Of a stretch of 64,000 nucleotides of DNA, positions 12,330 to 25,937 are shown one piece after another. Source of the DNA: Anthoceros angustus (Eukaryota; Plantae; Anthocerotophyta); the NCBI GenBank assembly GCA_010909165.1, contig VJWM01000016.1:310001-374000 (forward strand), read 5' to 3'. The notes below the pieces were generated by a model. It had not been told where the DNA came from. It saw only the letters and a list, made by a program, of their open reading frames with translations, and did not search any database. Positions within the stretch are counted from its first letter, which is position 1; the number at the start of each line of letters is the position of its first letter. Made by a program: the position numbers and the translations under genes.

Positions 12330-15300
12330 GCGCTGTGGGCAAGGTCCCGTTCCGCCTTTGGGATTGGTGGTCCAATCTCCGTCCCGACAGCTATGGGCGC
12401 CTAATCGGATGATCCGCGAGACCCTCCTCTCCCGAATCGCCGTTACGCTCGACGACCGTGCTACACAACGCCATCCTCCCTGCCTCCTGTGGTCCTCCTG
12501 GGGCCACCGGCCATTCGCTCCCAGCGAAGTCGGCGGGGCCTCCTCCATCGCCAAGTCCCGACCTCGAGGTCCGGTCTCGACTCCCGAGTCCGAACCTGTG
12601 GGTCCGGCTTATTTCGAGTCCTACCGGGTCCGCCTGGGGTTCGACCTCGTGGTCCGAACTTACACGGGTCCGTCCCCAAGCTCCGGACCCCTTTATCCGT
12701 GGACCTCATCGCTAGGTCCTCCTCCCTACCCCCGACCCTTGTCTTGGTCTGGTTCTCCTTCCGCCTTTGTGCCGCCACCTCCTTCTCCCGAGCGGTGGTG
12801 AACTTACCTGGGGTCCGCTATGCCTCCTCTTGAGGCTCTTCTCCCCGCTGTTGCCTCCAAACAGGCCCCTAGAGTCCCCTGTGGCCGCCCCATGCCCTTC
12901 TTCCCTCCGAGCCTTCCAGGTCCGCCTATTTGCAGCTGGCACCGAGAGGCCTCACCGCCTTCAGAGCTCGGTAATAGGCAAAGTCCGAATCCACTTGTTG
13001 ATTGCTCTTCCACGGTGCCCGAGCACCGATACTCCTTCGCCATAGGTGCTCCGGAGCCGAGCGCCGCCCTTGGACCACCTCCCCGCCAGTTTGATAGCCG
13101 GAGCCGGGCCGCCACGAGGCCGCAGGTCGCGGCCACCTCCCGCAACCGCCGCTGCTGCTCCACCGCCCAACTCCTTCGCTGCTCCGCCGCCGCCTTGCGC
13201 CCATAACGCAGCTGCTCTTCCGCTTCCTCAACCGGATTTTGTCTGCCTCGCCTTTTGTCCATTCCGCCGTAACTCCGCCATCTCCTCTCCGCATCCGGCA
13301 ACTCGCTGATCGCGGCTTCGCAGTTCCTTCTCCATCTCGGCGACGCCCCGCCTCCCTGCTCCATCGCTGCATCGACTCCGTCCGCCAACAGAGCCGAGCC
13401 GCATTTCCTGCTGCCCACCATGTGTCCCGCACTACCATTCCTCTCAATGGTAGTTTGAAGTCCGCAGCCCAAAGTCTCCTTGCGGTCTTCCATCTCCGCC
13501 GCCGCTCCACCTCACGGATGAGTCCGAGATCCTCCATCTCCTTGTCGCGAACTTGGGCCTGGCCGTGGCTTGCTCCGCCACCTCCTCGCCCATCTTCGTG
13601 CAGCCGAGGCGCCTATCTCCCGTCAAGTCTTGGATTCTCTCTGAGAACCCCTTGCTGCCCGACGCTGCCTTGGAGTTGTAACCAAGGTGTCCTTGCCCTC
13701 CGCCTCCCGCCGCCTCCTTCTACCTCCCGCACTGCTACCGAGGTCCCCTGATTTGTGCCGCCTCAGCCGCACGGCTCTGCTTGCTCCGCCTCCTTCGCGC
13801 CGCTGGCCCCACCGCCCTCCACCGGCCCGATCACGCCGATAGTGATCGCGGCCGGCCGTGGCTTCCGCCTCCTGGCCACCTTCACCGAGCCTCCTTGGCT
13901 CGTCTAGGCCGCCGCCAGTCCCGGCCTGCCCGGCGCCCGGCCTCTTCCGCCTCCCCGCGGCCACCCCTCGCAGAGGTCCCTGGCCTCCTATTCGCTCACC
14001 GCCTCCACCAAGGAATTTAGTCCGGCCTGCGGATGGACCAGACTCCTCTCGCCTCCCGGCGCTTCCTTCCTCAATCCGGCCGAGAGCTTCTCCTTCGCCT
14101 CCCTGGCCCTCCAACCGCCTCCCGGAGGAGTACCATGCGCCCGGTGGCTTCTACCTCCGGGTCTTCGGCCATCCCAGAGACCCCAAAGCATACCGTCCAT
14201 GACGGTAGCTGACCCGTGTTTCTTCCACGGCCGCCACCGTGAGGCTCCCACAAAGTCCGAGGGAGCGCATTTCATGTCCGCCAGGACCTCCATACCAGTC
14301 CGAGTAAGTCCTGACTGGTTCTCCGGACTCACCCTTAGGTCCCGAGGCCGAGCTCCGAGCTTCACCTCCTTGGCCCTTTTGGCCGCGAGCTCCTCCTTTT
14401 CTCCTGGGCCTTGAGGAGGTGAGGGGTCCGGAGCAAGCCTTTTGCCCTTCCCCGGGCGACAGACCGGCCTGGTGCGCCGCCTGTCCTCCGCCTCCCTCGG
14501 CCCTTTCTCGCCTCCCACCGCTTCACACCTGCAAGGTGGGTGGCACTGCACCGCCTCGAGGTGCCGCGGCTGGTAGACGCTGCCTTGCGCCTCTTCGCCT
14601 CCTCGTCCGGCTGGGCAGGTGTGGCTGTGGCGGGGCTATTGAGCCTGGGCCGCCTCGCTGACCGGCCGCCTCGGGGCACTGGAGGAGGGAAGCGGGATTT
14701 CTTCCCATACTGGGTGGGGGTCCGCTCTGCACGATGGAGTCCGGAATCCTCCCCGCCCTCCTCCCGGTCCGCTTTTCGGCCGGCCTCCACCCCTGCGCCT
14801 TGCGCTCCACTTCCAGGCCTCCACCTTTCCGAGCGCTCAAGCCTCTCCTTCAGAGCTCAAATGTCCCCATACATGGATCGCATGGGGATGCTGATGGCGA
14901 GGGCTTCTGCCCCGAGCTTATGCCTCTCCGACTAAACCGGCGAAGATAATCCTTCCCGCCCGCCTCTTCCTCACAGCGCATGCAGAATACCAGTTATCAC
15001 CAAGGTGATCCACCTTGGTGAGCTGTGTTCCAATGGACAATGATCCGGCTACCGCCCTTACTACCGCCCAGGTCATATCGCCCAACCACAGGGTCCTTGG
15101 CCCTGTGCCTCAAAGATCGCCACGGCCCTATCTTCCCTTCGCCTTGAGGGGCCCGCACCACTCCCCTTCTTCCTCCTTTGGGTTAGGCCGCCTCAGACCT
15201 CCAAGGTCCATCGCCGGGTCCTCCCGAGGTTCTTGGACCGCACCTCCTTGTTGACCGCCGCCAACATCTTCCGGCGAACTCCCTGACCAGAGTGACGCCG

Positions 15301-18300
15301 AACGCCTGCCATCTCGAACACATCCAGTGCCACTCCCGCACCACCTCCCCGCCTTCCAGCCAGTGGCCCAAAGTCCGGATAGCGCCGGTCACAATGTTGC
15401 GCCCACGAGGTTCCATGGCTCCCAAACTTCCGCAGGCTTTTTGGGTGCCACTCGCCTCCTCGCTTGGCCGACCGGAGTTCACGGCACGATGCGCCTCGCC
15501 GCTGCTTCTCCAACCCCGACCAACCACGCCGAAGGCCGGGCGCCAAAGAGATAGCGCCAGAGCCGGGTGAGCGCAAGAGATCGAGAATTGTCTCGAGGTC
15601 AGCCGAATGACCTTCCTTCGCCGCCGGAGTAACCAAGGCGCTTCCCCGTCAGAATCGCCAGGTCCGCATGGCTTATTCTCGACCTTACGCCCGCTTACTC
15701 GCCTTACGCCGCCGCTGCATTTTTACGCCGGCACCGCGGGCGTGAATACCGCTATAACGGCCTCGGTGGCTACGGCCCCGCTGCATGCCCGACCTCCACT
15801 CGGTCGCCCACGTGGCGCCAGTCCGTCTCACGGCCAACTTCTAAGTTACTCGCATTTATCCCGCTTGACTCTGGAGTGGTCCGGACTTATCCTGCTCCCC
15901 GACGTAGTCCGGCCATAGTAGGTCCGGGTACGTTGCCCACTCCGAGTCCGAGTATACTCCGAGTGCACCCCGAGTGCTATCCGCTTATTCCTCCTTTTCC
16001 GCCTTTATTTTATCCTCCGCCTCCTACAAAAAACAAAACCCTACTTTATTTCTTAACTCAAGGAAGTCCGTAGTCCACACCGACAATGGGCCTACACCAA
16101 TTTGGAGCCGATTGAGGAGTGCTTCATCAATCTTCATGAATCGAGGCGCCCTGCTGCTATCGAAGGGAATGCTGAACGGATCCTCGCCGACCGTGGGAGC
16201 ACTGGCTGTATGGAGACCGGAAGAAGAGAGCTAATTCCCTCCTCGAGAGGACGAATGGAGGAAAGAGGACGGCCCTCCCGAGAGCTCCTCGACATGATGG
16301 ACGAGGAGTGAAGGCCCATGCCAAGAATGGTCGGTGACAGCATCAAAGAGTCAAGTGGAGGCTCTTGCAAGATTGTGTTGGGGTTGGTAAACTACCGAGG
16401 ACCTATTTCAGCACCAACTTCCTGCAATTTTGTGGAAGATTTAGAGGAGCCATTGGGGCACCATCATGTATGAGGCCTACATCCACCACCGGAAAAGCTC
16501 CTCAAGCCAAATTCGGTGGATGAGAAGGCCAAGGCCCTCGCTACCTTAGCACCTATTTGGTGCATTTGTGGGAAACGGAGGGACTTCTCACAAGCAAGGA
16601 GTTGAAGATGCTTGGCATCCTTCGAGATAATTCATCTCCAGCGAAAGGCCTTTGCCTTGTGAAGAAGAGGGAGGTCGACTCCACAAGCATGCTGGGCAAG
16701 GGTAGAGGGTGGAGGCAACAAGGGGAGTGGGAATCTTTTCCCCACAAGAGCAAGAAAGAGGAGAGGAAGAACCGCCGAGGAAGGCCGAATGGTAGTCTAT
16801 GAGGACTAGGAGGGGGTGACAACCCCAAGGGTGGGGGAGTCCCCACCATCTCGCTTTGTGCCTCAGTGAGGCACCCCGGGCCCATCACCGCAGCCACCCC
16901 ACGCTGGGGTAGTGGCACTACCGCGGAGCAGCCCACTGCAGACCCACGCGAGGTGCAGCCCACGCGGTAGGGAAGGGAAGGAGAAGCAACAGGGCGCGCT
17001 GGGCTGGCGGCGCCTAGGCCACTACCCCGCGCTTGGAGGAAGGGGCGGATGGGGCGACCGTGAGGGGACTGCCACCGTGATGGCCCAGAGTACAAGGAGC
17101 TGGAAATTTCCAAAGGGGCCAGGCACTTGGGCCCTTAGAGACTTGCCGAGTGCTTGTGAAGCACTCACCATGTGGATTTGAAGGGGCTAGGAGCTAGCAG
17201 CCTGTGGGCATGCCGAGAGGAAGTGAAAGCCCAAGACATGGCCGAGGAAAGCAGTGGACCAAATGGCAAGAGGCCATGGAGTCCGACGAGAAGGCAGCCA
17301 AGTTGAGAAGGTCAGGAGAAGCTCCAGCCACCTGTGGACGGGCGCGAGAAGGTCCTAGAGGAAGGTTGTCACAACAGAGAGAGCCATTCGCAACAACCCA
17401 ACGGGACTCATGGAGATGGGGCGGAGGAGCACTTTGCCCAATTAGAGCAAGAGCGAAGGGCAAAACGGAGGCTCGGGAAGGAGAGGAAAAGTCCAAGTGG
17501 AGGCGCAGGATGTGATACCCTACCAAGATCCGGACATGGAAGAAGAACGGACCCACACTTGGAAGAGAAGCGCGAGCCGGAGTCAAGACCTACAGACCGC
17601 AAGAGTTGGAGCGAGAAGAGCGCAAGGTGAGGAGAGGAGAGACTGGCCAATCAAATGGCCGAGCTGGAACAAAGGAGGTTCCAAGAGGAGGAGCACCACA
17701 AGAAGGTGGTGCACAGGATGCTGGTGGTGAGGAAACGAAGATTTTGGGCGGACTATGCCCTACAAGCAAAGATGGCCAACCAGCTGCGGGAAGTGAGGGA
17801 GGAGAATGTATCCCTCCATGTCAAGGTGGGAGAATTGATCACCTCAAGAGATGCCTACAAGGTAGGAGGATGGAGAGGCTACGGAGATTGATGATCTCCA
17901 AATGCAAAGATTATCATAGCTTGGGGGCTCACCTCCACAATAGATTTTGAAGGCCAACAACAAAGTCTTACGCTTGGCCAAGAGGAGGACAATAGGTCCT
18001 CATGACGATGATGGAAGGAGTCGCAGCAGGCATGGAAGCCTCCGATTTTGATGAGGCTACAAGTGACATGGACTAGGAACTGGGAGTCAAGAAGGAGAAG
18101 AGCACGAGCCAAGGTAAGGATGGCGTGAGAGCAAGGAGGGGGGACATCCCGCCCTCCTAGGGGGTCACTCTACCATGGTAGGTGACCACCACTAGTCCGC
18201 CACTGGGGAAAATCACGCCCAGAGTCCCGCTGTGCCACCGGTAGCAAGTGCTGGGGAGGGAGTCAGCCGGAGGTCTGACTATGAGAGAAGAAGCCAGGGG

Positions 18301-18520
18301 GCTTTGTGACACACCCCCTGCAGGAATCGAAGAAGAGGTGGGGGAAACAGTCCCACTAGAAGAGAACAGGGATGGGATTCGACCCGTCAAGGAAGAAGGG
18401 AGAGTGAGAAGTTCCCTCCCCCCACGAGCAAGGGAAGGGCCAGCTGTAAGAGAGCCCAAAGATGAAAAAGGTCCGAGGGAGAAAGGAGATCCTGGTTTGG
18501 CAAATGGGGATGAAGACTCT
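12330..18520. mobile_element. GC-rich retrotransposon-derived accessory ORF relics (- strand about 12.8-15.7 kb; + strand coiled-coil ORF about 16.1-18.5 kb)
   Basis: Fragmented charged/coiled-coil frames (e.g. MAELEQRRFQEEEHHKKVVHRML...QLREVREENVSLHVKVGEL) next to LTR-like DNA. No RT or integrase motif was recognised, so the assignment is an inference. Confidence 0.35.
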
Positions 18521-19099
18521 TAAAGATGCTCTATGGTAGGTATGGACAAATCAAACAAGAGCAAAGCTGAATCCCTTAGGCGAGTGAGGGGTGCATCCGA
18601 TCGCGTCACAAGCGTTCTTCGTCACAAAATATGCACGATGGGAATGCCACCAAACACTTCCTCTTGTGCCGCCCTTTTTTGATTTCTTTTCTTCCTCCCT
18701 GCTCCGTGCTTCCACGCCGGGTTTCTTCGCACCCTGGAATCCAACACATGCTTGAGGCGTCGGGTGGTCGTCTGTCTCCTATGGCGAGGAGGCGGCCGGC
18801 CGGCGCCTCCTCCTTCCTTCCATCTGTCCCCGCACCCACTTCCTCCTCTGCCTCCAACGGCCCTCTTCCACTGCGGTCCGGTGGAAGGGCTCTTTATGGA
18901 GGTATGCCGGCGGCCGCCCGGCCTATCTCCTTCCAGGCCCGGATAAACCCGGTTGGGATCAGGTGGCCAAGTCCGAGCCCACACTCTTCGCCTGGGGCGC
19001 CGGCCGGCGCCAGCCTCCTCGGCATTCACTACATCTGTGTGCACACTCATAGATGGCCCATGCCAAGCCAAGCTGGGTAAAATTGCCGCATCCCTATGT

Positions 19100-20900
19100 T
19101 CGTCCTGTCCCCCAGAGACTTCATCATCGGAATGTCCCAGCACGTCAGAATCGGGCCCTCTTCCTCATCGGATGGGCCAAGTTCGCTCTCTGGAAGCTGT
19201 TGCTCCGGACTGCCTGCCTCTTCAACCATTCTTTGATGTGCTGCTCGCACCCTTCTCATCGACAGCTCTCTCCTATGATCAACGACTGTCTCGGTTATCT
19301 TCCCACAGATAGCCCTTATCAGGGCCATTCCTACCAAAGGTGGCTGGGAAAAAAATCAAACGAGTTGAGTGTTAGTCATCAAAGTCGGAGGGTTTGCATA
19401 TGTGTCGTTGTTGGAAACTTCATGTCTTTGGCGCATGCATTCGCGGAACTCTTCCACTATTCGAGGTGCACATTTTTGGCGTTGAATCCTTGGAGGTGAG
19501 AACATAAGACCAGAAACTCGGGGTCTGGATGACGCATCGAACTCGTATGGCACGGTGGTGCACAATAGCGTGAACTCCGGCTCCCCTCGTTCATGTCCAT
19601 GTTTGCCCAGATTACCCAACTTGCTCTACGGTTGGCAAAGCCCCGATACCCCATTATCCGAGTTTGAGCAAGGGGTCCATGCTTCTTGTTTCAACCTGGG
19701 TGCGGATCACGGACTAGCATCCAATCCTTCCGCAATGACAATAGGGTCTATCGGCCACCCGATCTGCGGATGTGCAGTCTCTTCATAGGCGAATGGCGGC
19801 GGAATTGGTGCACCGGATGCTTTGAAGCCTTGCCTCCTCCTTCCAGCTCCTTGCCCGCCGCCTGCTCGCTTGTTTTCCCAAGACATGCTCCCTTTTGCTT
19901 GCCAGAGGCTATATGGCCCCCACCCTCCGAATGTGCGTGCCCTCCCAAACTTCCTTCCAGCCCGCCTTCCTCTCGAGCGAACCTCGTCTTTGCGATTTAG
20001 CGGATGTCTTCGTCTTTAGCTTTGCCTTCTTCGCCGCTGCGGGCGGAGGATCGGAAGCCCTCTGCCAGTCCTTCTTGCTCCGCCTTCCGCCGCCATCTTT
20101 AAGAATGAACCTGGGACGACACATCACATTTGGGCGGCAACAATTGTTTCATGGAAGTAGAACGAACCTCACTCCTTGAGACCCGATTGATGAGGAATGC
20201 GGCTCTGTCTCCCCAACCCCGTGCCCGTGATAGGCAATCCCAAGCGCGCGAAGGGAGGATTCGTGGAATTGTGGTGGACACACCTCCAAATCGGGCAACA
20301 CCAGGACGCTCCTCGTTACTTCTCCTCAAGTGGAAGTGCTGGCGAGCGCTCCACCGTGGCAAGTGGCAAGAGAAAACAAATAGTAATTAGGGTTTCCTCC
20401 CCAAGGTATTTATAGCCCAAAAACATGCACATTAACTTATGCCATATATCCATATACCCATATAAACCACGGATATGAACCATAACCCTATTGACTTGGG
20501 TGACGGTGGCAGGCACACTCAATGTGGACAATAAAAGCGGAGGCATGCGCGATATGCCGTTAGATATCCTATCGGAACTCCATCATGTTGTCGTTATTAC
20601 GGAGGAACATAATATCCTACCCATCTATGCGATATCCATAAAGACAATGGCCATCTTCACCATTTTCCTCGTCACAGGAAGACTCCGTGTGGTTTCAACG
20701 CGCCGCGAGTGTGGTTTCAATCGACGCTCTTCTACAAGTTGTGCGCATACCATGTTGCTCACCCACACACCGCGAAGAGGTTTGAGTTGCCCTTTTGGAA
20801 GGATTACTTGGTTTTCACCCCTATCTTGTTTTCGGATTCGAGTTCGATTAGTGCATCCGGTTGCGGGATGAACAATGGGAAGAAGGTTTCTCTTCACAAT
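19100..20900 (-). mobile_element. MULE/MuDR transposase relic
   Basis: The reverse strand reads PIVIAEGLDAS...KQEAWT...SDNGVSGL...H, then WKSSANACAKDMKFPTT. This follows the MULE-domain order (G.D.N / E..W.W / SD..GL / H / TTN) with stops and frameshifts. Confidence 0.5.
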
Positions 20901-22156
20901 GTCGCGTGTTTCCGTAAAGATGGAAGCGAGTAGACTGTTGAGCAGGCCACCACGTCCCGAACACAGGCATCACCGTCAGTGCGTTTGCCATTCCCGAAAG
21001 ACGTGTTGATAATGAAGGTAGAGGATGATTTTTCCATATGGGAACTGGACGCTAGTCTTTGTATCAATGGTTGTGGGATTTTGATGCATTCTTCCGATAT
21101 TGTTGTTCGGTCGCGAAGGCGTCGCCGATTCCGTCGCCAAGTCTGAGGTGTTCCTCCAACACCTAGGAATTTGCATCGGTATCTGCGTTGGAGGGAAGCC
21201 CATCCAAGCAAGCGTTCTTCCCGAATGGCGTGGCGTTCTCCAGCAGATACATCGTTTGCCGTGGTTTGTTTCTACGGAGGCTGATTGCGTCCGCTCCGGT
21301 TGAGGAAGGTCCCATTGACAAGATTCGGCGTTTGATCACGATGCATGTCGTTCCTTCCATCCCAAGCCTTTGAGTGAGTCTCTGAAGGCTCCAACAAGGG
21401 CGATTGTTATATCACGCAAGAAGAGAAGCTGGAGTGTCGTTGCAGCGAAGGGATACAATGACTGCGGTTCAAGAAGCCTTGTTGCATAAAAATGTGTTTC
21501 TTCGGTTGGGGAAAGCGCGATTTCAAACGCGAGCTTTCTTCGCATGGGGAGGCGAGAGCAGGAGACATATCTGTCTCTTGTTCGATCCTGGATCCCGAGG
21601 TGATAGGAAAGTGGTGACACATGTCATGGGGCGACTCTGCGCTGCTTGAAGGCTTTAGAAGAGTACATTGTCTTGGCCACAGGAGGTATGAGGAGCTAAA
21701 GAGCGAGTCATTCGGGAATCACCTTGGGATGGATTTTGAACCAAACCCGAAGGCACGATCGGCGTGCGATGGATGCCCTTTCGTGGATGGACAACGCTTT
21801 CACGTTTATGGCGGCGGTGCCAAACTTGGATGTTTTAATCGCACACGTATACAAAGTTGGAAGGATAGGTGGTGTCGACATTTAAGGATGATAGGTGAAG
21901 TTGCTAGAATAGAATTTACCAAGGATCGGACAGATTAGATGCCAAGTGGTAGGAAATAATAGAATATTGGAAAGGTGACTCAGAGGAGGTTGAGGCCTCC
22001 TATAAGAGGAGGAGGATTTCACAAAGTAAAGTATCACGCCTTGCGCCCACACTCACCGAGTCCTTTGCCATTACAGAATTTCGTGTCGGCTGTGAGCCAA
22101 CGCAGTCATGTAGAGACACTAGAAAGGCAGCCTATGTTACTGCTGTTGCAATTTTT

Positions 22157-22426
22157 AGGAAGAGGAGGAGAGGAGGAGGAGGAGGAGGAGGAGGAGGAGG
22201 AGGAGGAGGAGGAGGAGGAGGAGGAGGAGGAGGAGGAGGAGGAGGAGGAGGAGGAGGAGGAGGAGGAGGAGGAGGAGAGGAAGGAGGGAGGAAGGAGGAG
22301 GAGAGGAAGGAGGAGGAGAGGAGGAGGAGGAGGAGGAGGAGAGGAGGAGGGAGGAAGGAGGAGGAGGAAGGAGGGAGGAGGAGATGGGAAGAAGGAGGAG
22401 GGGAGAGGGAAAGGAAGAGGAGGAGG
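22157..22426 (+). repeat. (GAG)n microsatellite / homopurine tract
   Basis: More than 30 perfect GAG units, then degenerate. The strand is all purine from 22157 to 22384. Confidence 0.97.
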
Positions 22427-22431
22427 CCCGT

Positions 22432-22507
22432 TCCATGCGTGATTTCAAGTAGAGACCCAATCCATGCTGTGATTTCCAGTAGAGACCCATTCCATGCTAT
22501 GATTTCC
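22432..22507. repeat. About 32-bp tandem repeat (2+ copies)
   Basis: TCCATGC(G/T)..GATTTC.AGTAGAGACCCA repeated. Confidence 0.75.
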
Positions 22508-24183
22508 GCCTCAATTTTTCGATTGATGCGTAACCACTGACATGATGTTGGTGAAGGGATGGTGGCGGGCGGGATCACGTGTACGGTAGCAGCGGATCTT
22601 GTACTTGCAGAGCATTGCAAGGTCGAGCCAAGACTGTTCCAATCATGATTTCCTCTCAATTTTCATTGTTGTGTAACTAGCTAGTGCGATTTGATGTTAG
22701 AGAAGGCGATAGTAGCATGGCGGGTGTCTCGTGTACATGTACAATCGCAAGTAGTTGCAAGGTCGCCAAGACCCATTCCATTATTTCTTATCTCAATTTT
22801 CAGATGCGAACTGACACTATGATGTGAAGTTAGGGAAGGCGATGGAAGAAGGCGGAGGGAGGATAGGAGTGGAGCAACCAAAGCAGCCATGGTCGAGGCA
22901 AGGGCAAAAGGCCGATACATGAGGTAGTTGTCTAGGGAGAGAGAAGGAGGGAGGACTTGGAGCCAAACAACCCCACGCAAGATAGCAAACATGGGTCCGT
23001 AGCACAAACTCGTAGGCACAAAAGGCACTCGAAGTGCTCAAGGACAAACTAGTAAACGTATCGTGGACGTGTACAAAGTATGTACGTTATCCGTGTGACG
23101 TATATGCTTATTTTATATAAAATAGAATATGACCATATATCACAGGAAATTACCATATAGTATATGTTACCATGAACAATACGTGTATTTTACAAAGAAT
23201 GTATTCATACATGTATTTTTATATATGTGTATTCATACGAGTATCGGTGGGAACTACTAAGTAAAACTAGGTATTCCATAGGGTAATAGTAGTAAAAGAG
23301 GAAGGTAGATGGGGAGGAGGTTCGGTACCAAGCACGCAAATTGTAACAAGAGACGATGTAACACTTTGGTTGTTGCAATTATGTTGAAATTTTGAGAGGG
23401 ACACAAACCACCTCTCACTACATTGCAACATAATTGCAACAAGACTGTAATATGATGTAATAAGGTGGAGGTTGGTTTCCAAACCTAATCGTAATAAGGG
23501 GTCCCAAAAGTGTAACAAGACCCCAAGATTTTAACATAATTGCAACAAAGGGGGTCCAAATCTTAACATAAAGTGTAACATGACTGCCCTTTTCTAGTAG
23601 GGAGAGGAAGTCGCGGTGGTCGGAGTGCTTGGTGGAGGACTTGCTCGCTGCAAGTGCCTAAACGAGTTGCTCCCCTTGTGAATGGTTGCTGTGAAATTGC
23701 TTTGCTTTGGGTGTGTGGCAATGCCTGCGGAACTCTCGCTTGAGGGTAGACTACGTGGGAAAGACTCGGAGGTTCTCACCGTCTCGTGTCAAACTCATAG
23801 CAACCGGCCCAAGGAAGAACTTGCTGGTGGAGGCCGACCCCAGGCAGTTGTGCCGTAAGGGCGAGTCGAAGCCAATAAGCCCGAACTGAGGTTAGAATAG
23901 AACATGCTATTTAGTGAAGGGGGTGATTATTCAGCATGAGGGTTTTCGGCAAATAATCCTTGGGGTATCTCTTTGATGTCCTTTACTCAGTAGATGGATT
24001 TACCCCATCTCTTCTTATTCTTTAACCCAAGAGAGCCAAAGGGATTTTTGGTCTTTTTTGGCTAGTAGCCTCTTTCTAATTTTCATGAATTCTGTCGATG
24101 CAAAAATGCATTCGCTCTTGGTGACAATTATCACCTTACTGTTCTATATTCAGAGGTGTGTACAAAACACCAAATATTCTGCT

Positions 24184-25937
24184 TAGAAAGGGTTTCTCTC
24201 TGTCAAAGGGTTTTGGAAAAATCCCAACCCTATATCGAACCCGAAGTTGGTTTGGTTTTGTTGGTTTTGTAGGTGTTCATCCATCGGTTTCGGGCATTCT
24301 CGGCTCGGCACCACTTCTGTCGAGTCATTTACACTGGCGCCTTTATAGGTTCATGGCGATTTAGTCGGTGTGATGAAGGGCCGATGACCTCATTGTTCCA
24401 TAATTTTCATGTCCATAGTTTACGCATTTTGTGTGGTTTTGTATGTTTTGTATACGGGGGCCTAGGCGCATAAGTGCGTGCCTAAACAACGCTTATGTGC
24501 AAACTTGTGCATGCACTGCAAAAAGAACGAAAAATGATCTTCTAATGGGAAGCATGTCCTTTTGGCGGTCGAGGATGTCGGAACTCGACAAAATAACAAG
24601 TAGACATCGGCGGAGGTTCACCTAGACCACTCTTATATACCTATCCTATGCCCTAATGCGATTAAGAATACCTATCCCTTTTTATTCTTTACGGTGTTTA
24701 GTCTCTTTCGTGATGACCTAGTAAGTTATCATCAAACATGCCGGGGGCCCAAATGGGTGAACAAGTGCATGCACCAGGGGCAAGGGGCCGGGTGCACAAG
24801 TGCATGCACCAGGGGCAAGGGGCGAGTGCACACCGGGGCAGGAGGCTTGTGCGCACCAGGGGCAGGTCTGCGCATTTCAGCACACTGGGGCGCGGATGCC
24901 CGGGCAAGCTGAAGTGCCGCGCAGGTGGGGCAAGGATGCCCGTGTGCCGACAGCAGGCCCGTGCGCAAGTGCACCGGGGCAAGAAGGCCCAAGTGTGCAT
25001 GGGCGCGCGCACCCAAGGTCAAGAAGGGCCTGGGAGCATGAACCCAAATGGTTCATGCCTCCTAGTGCATTCCCAGACGGTTCATCCAAAGAAAAAAAGA
25101 GCAAAAAGTCTTAAAAATCCTAAAACCCCTTAAAAATTACAAAAAAGTCCAGTTTTTGAGGCAAGTACGCGCACAAGTGCGCGCACTTGCTCTAAAATTT
25201 TGACAATTTTTGCATTTTTGTATTTTTGATATTTTGTTGTTTTAAAGGGTTCCTTTCGGCGTTTTCAACCTTTTTGTGCCCTAATGTGGATATGTTCTTA
25301 TCTTTACTTAACCCTCATCTTTTTCTAGTGGTTAAAAATTTGAAAACTTTGAACTAGTAGTGAGAACCTTTTGCATCTTTTGAATCTTGAGGCGTTTGGC
25401 GTGGGCCCGACTCTAAGTGCGACCATGCCACTCTCATTCTCGCACTAGGCGTGGATCAAGAGCATCGAGGCCAAAGAAGATATTATTGTCCCAATGTCTA
25501 AGGAACAAAGGCTAAAATTTTTGAGCGAGAGTATAGTCATAGGATTGACTAGTATGAATGAAAGGTAGGTGCGCAAACAAGGCACTGCACTACAAAGCAA
25601 GCCCTAAAAACTCTAAATGTTTTGTATCGTCCAACACGGCAATGATTGCGGATGTTGGAGGCTATTAGATGTAAGTGCGCGCATAAGTTTGCGCGCGAAT
25701 TTTGTGTCCAGTTTGAAAAAAAAGCCGAACGAGAATGGGACTTTAGGTTTTGCCACGTGCAATCTACAATCTCAAATAACGTGTATCAAAACAATTATTC
25801 AAAGGTTGCGGGTAACATGTCTGAGAGAAATATCAAAAAGCACGATTATAGTGCGGATTTTTCAAGTGCAAAAGGGGTCCGCCAAGTCAGGTAAAAAGGG
25901 GTTTTCGTGGAGAAACCCTTTCTAAACAGACGCTGTT
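24184..25937 (+). mobile_element. Non-autonomous element with subterminal inverted repeats and 3' stem-loop (Helentron/HINE-like), copy 1
   Basis: TAGAAAGGGTTTCTC (24184-24198) and its exact reverse complement (25910-25924), followed by the hairpin AACAG-ACG-CTGTT (25925-25937). No TSD seen. A homologous inverted copy lies at 55705-57264. Confidence 0.7.

Noticed and set aside
12300-19300. Dozens of overlapping 60-230 aa ORFs on both strands
   Set aside because: Expected in very GC-rich TE DNA with few stops; no recognisable host-gene domains or splice structure.
21975-22659. ORFs encoding poly-Glu, poly-Pro or poly-Leu
   Set aside because: These are translations of the GAG microsatellite, not genes.
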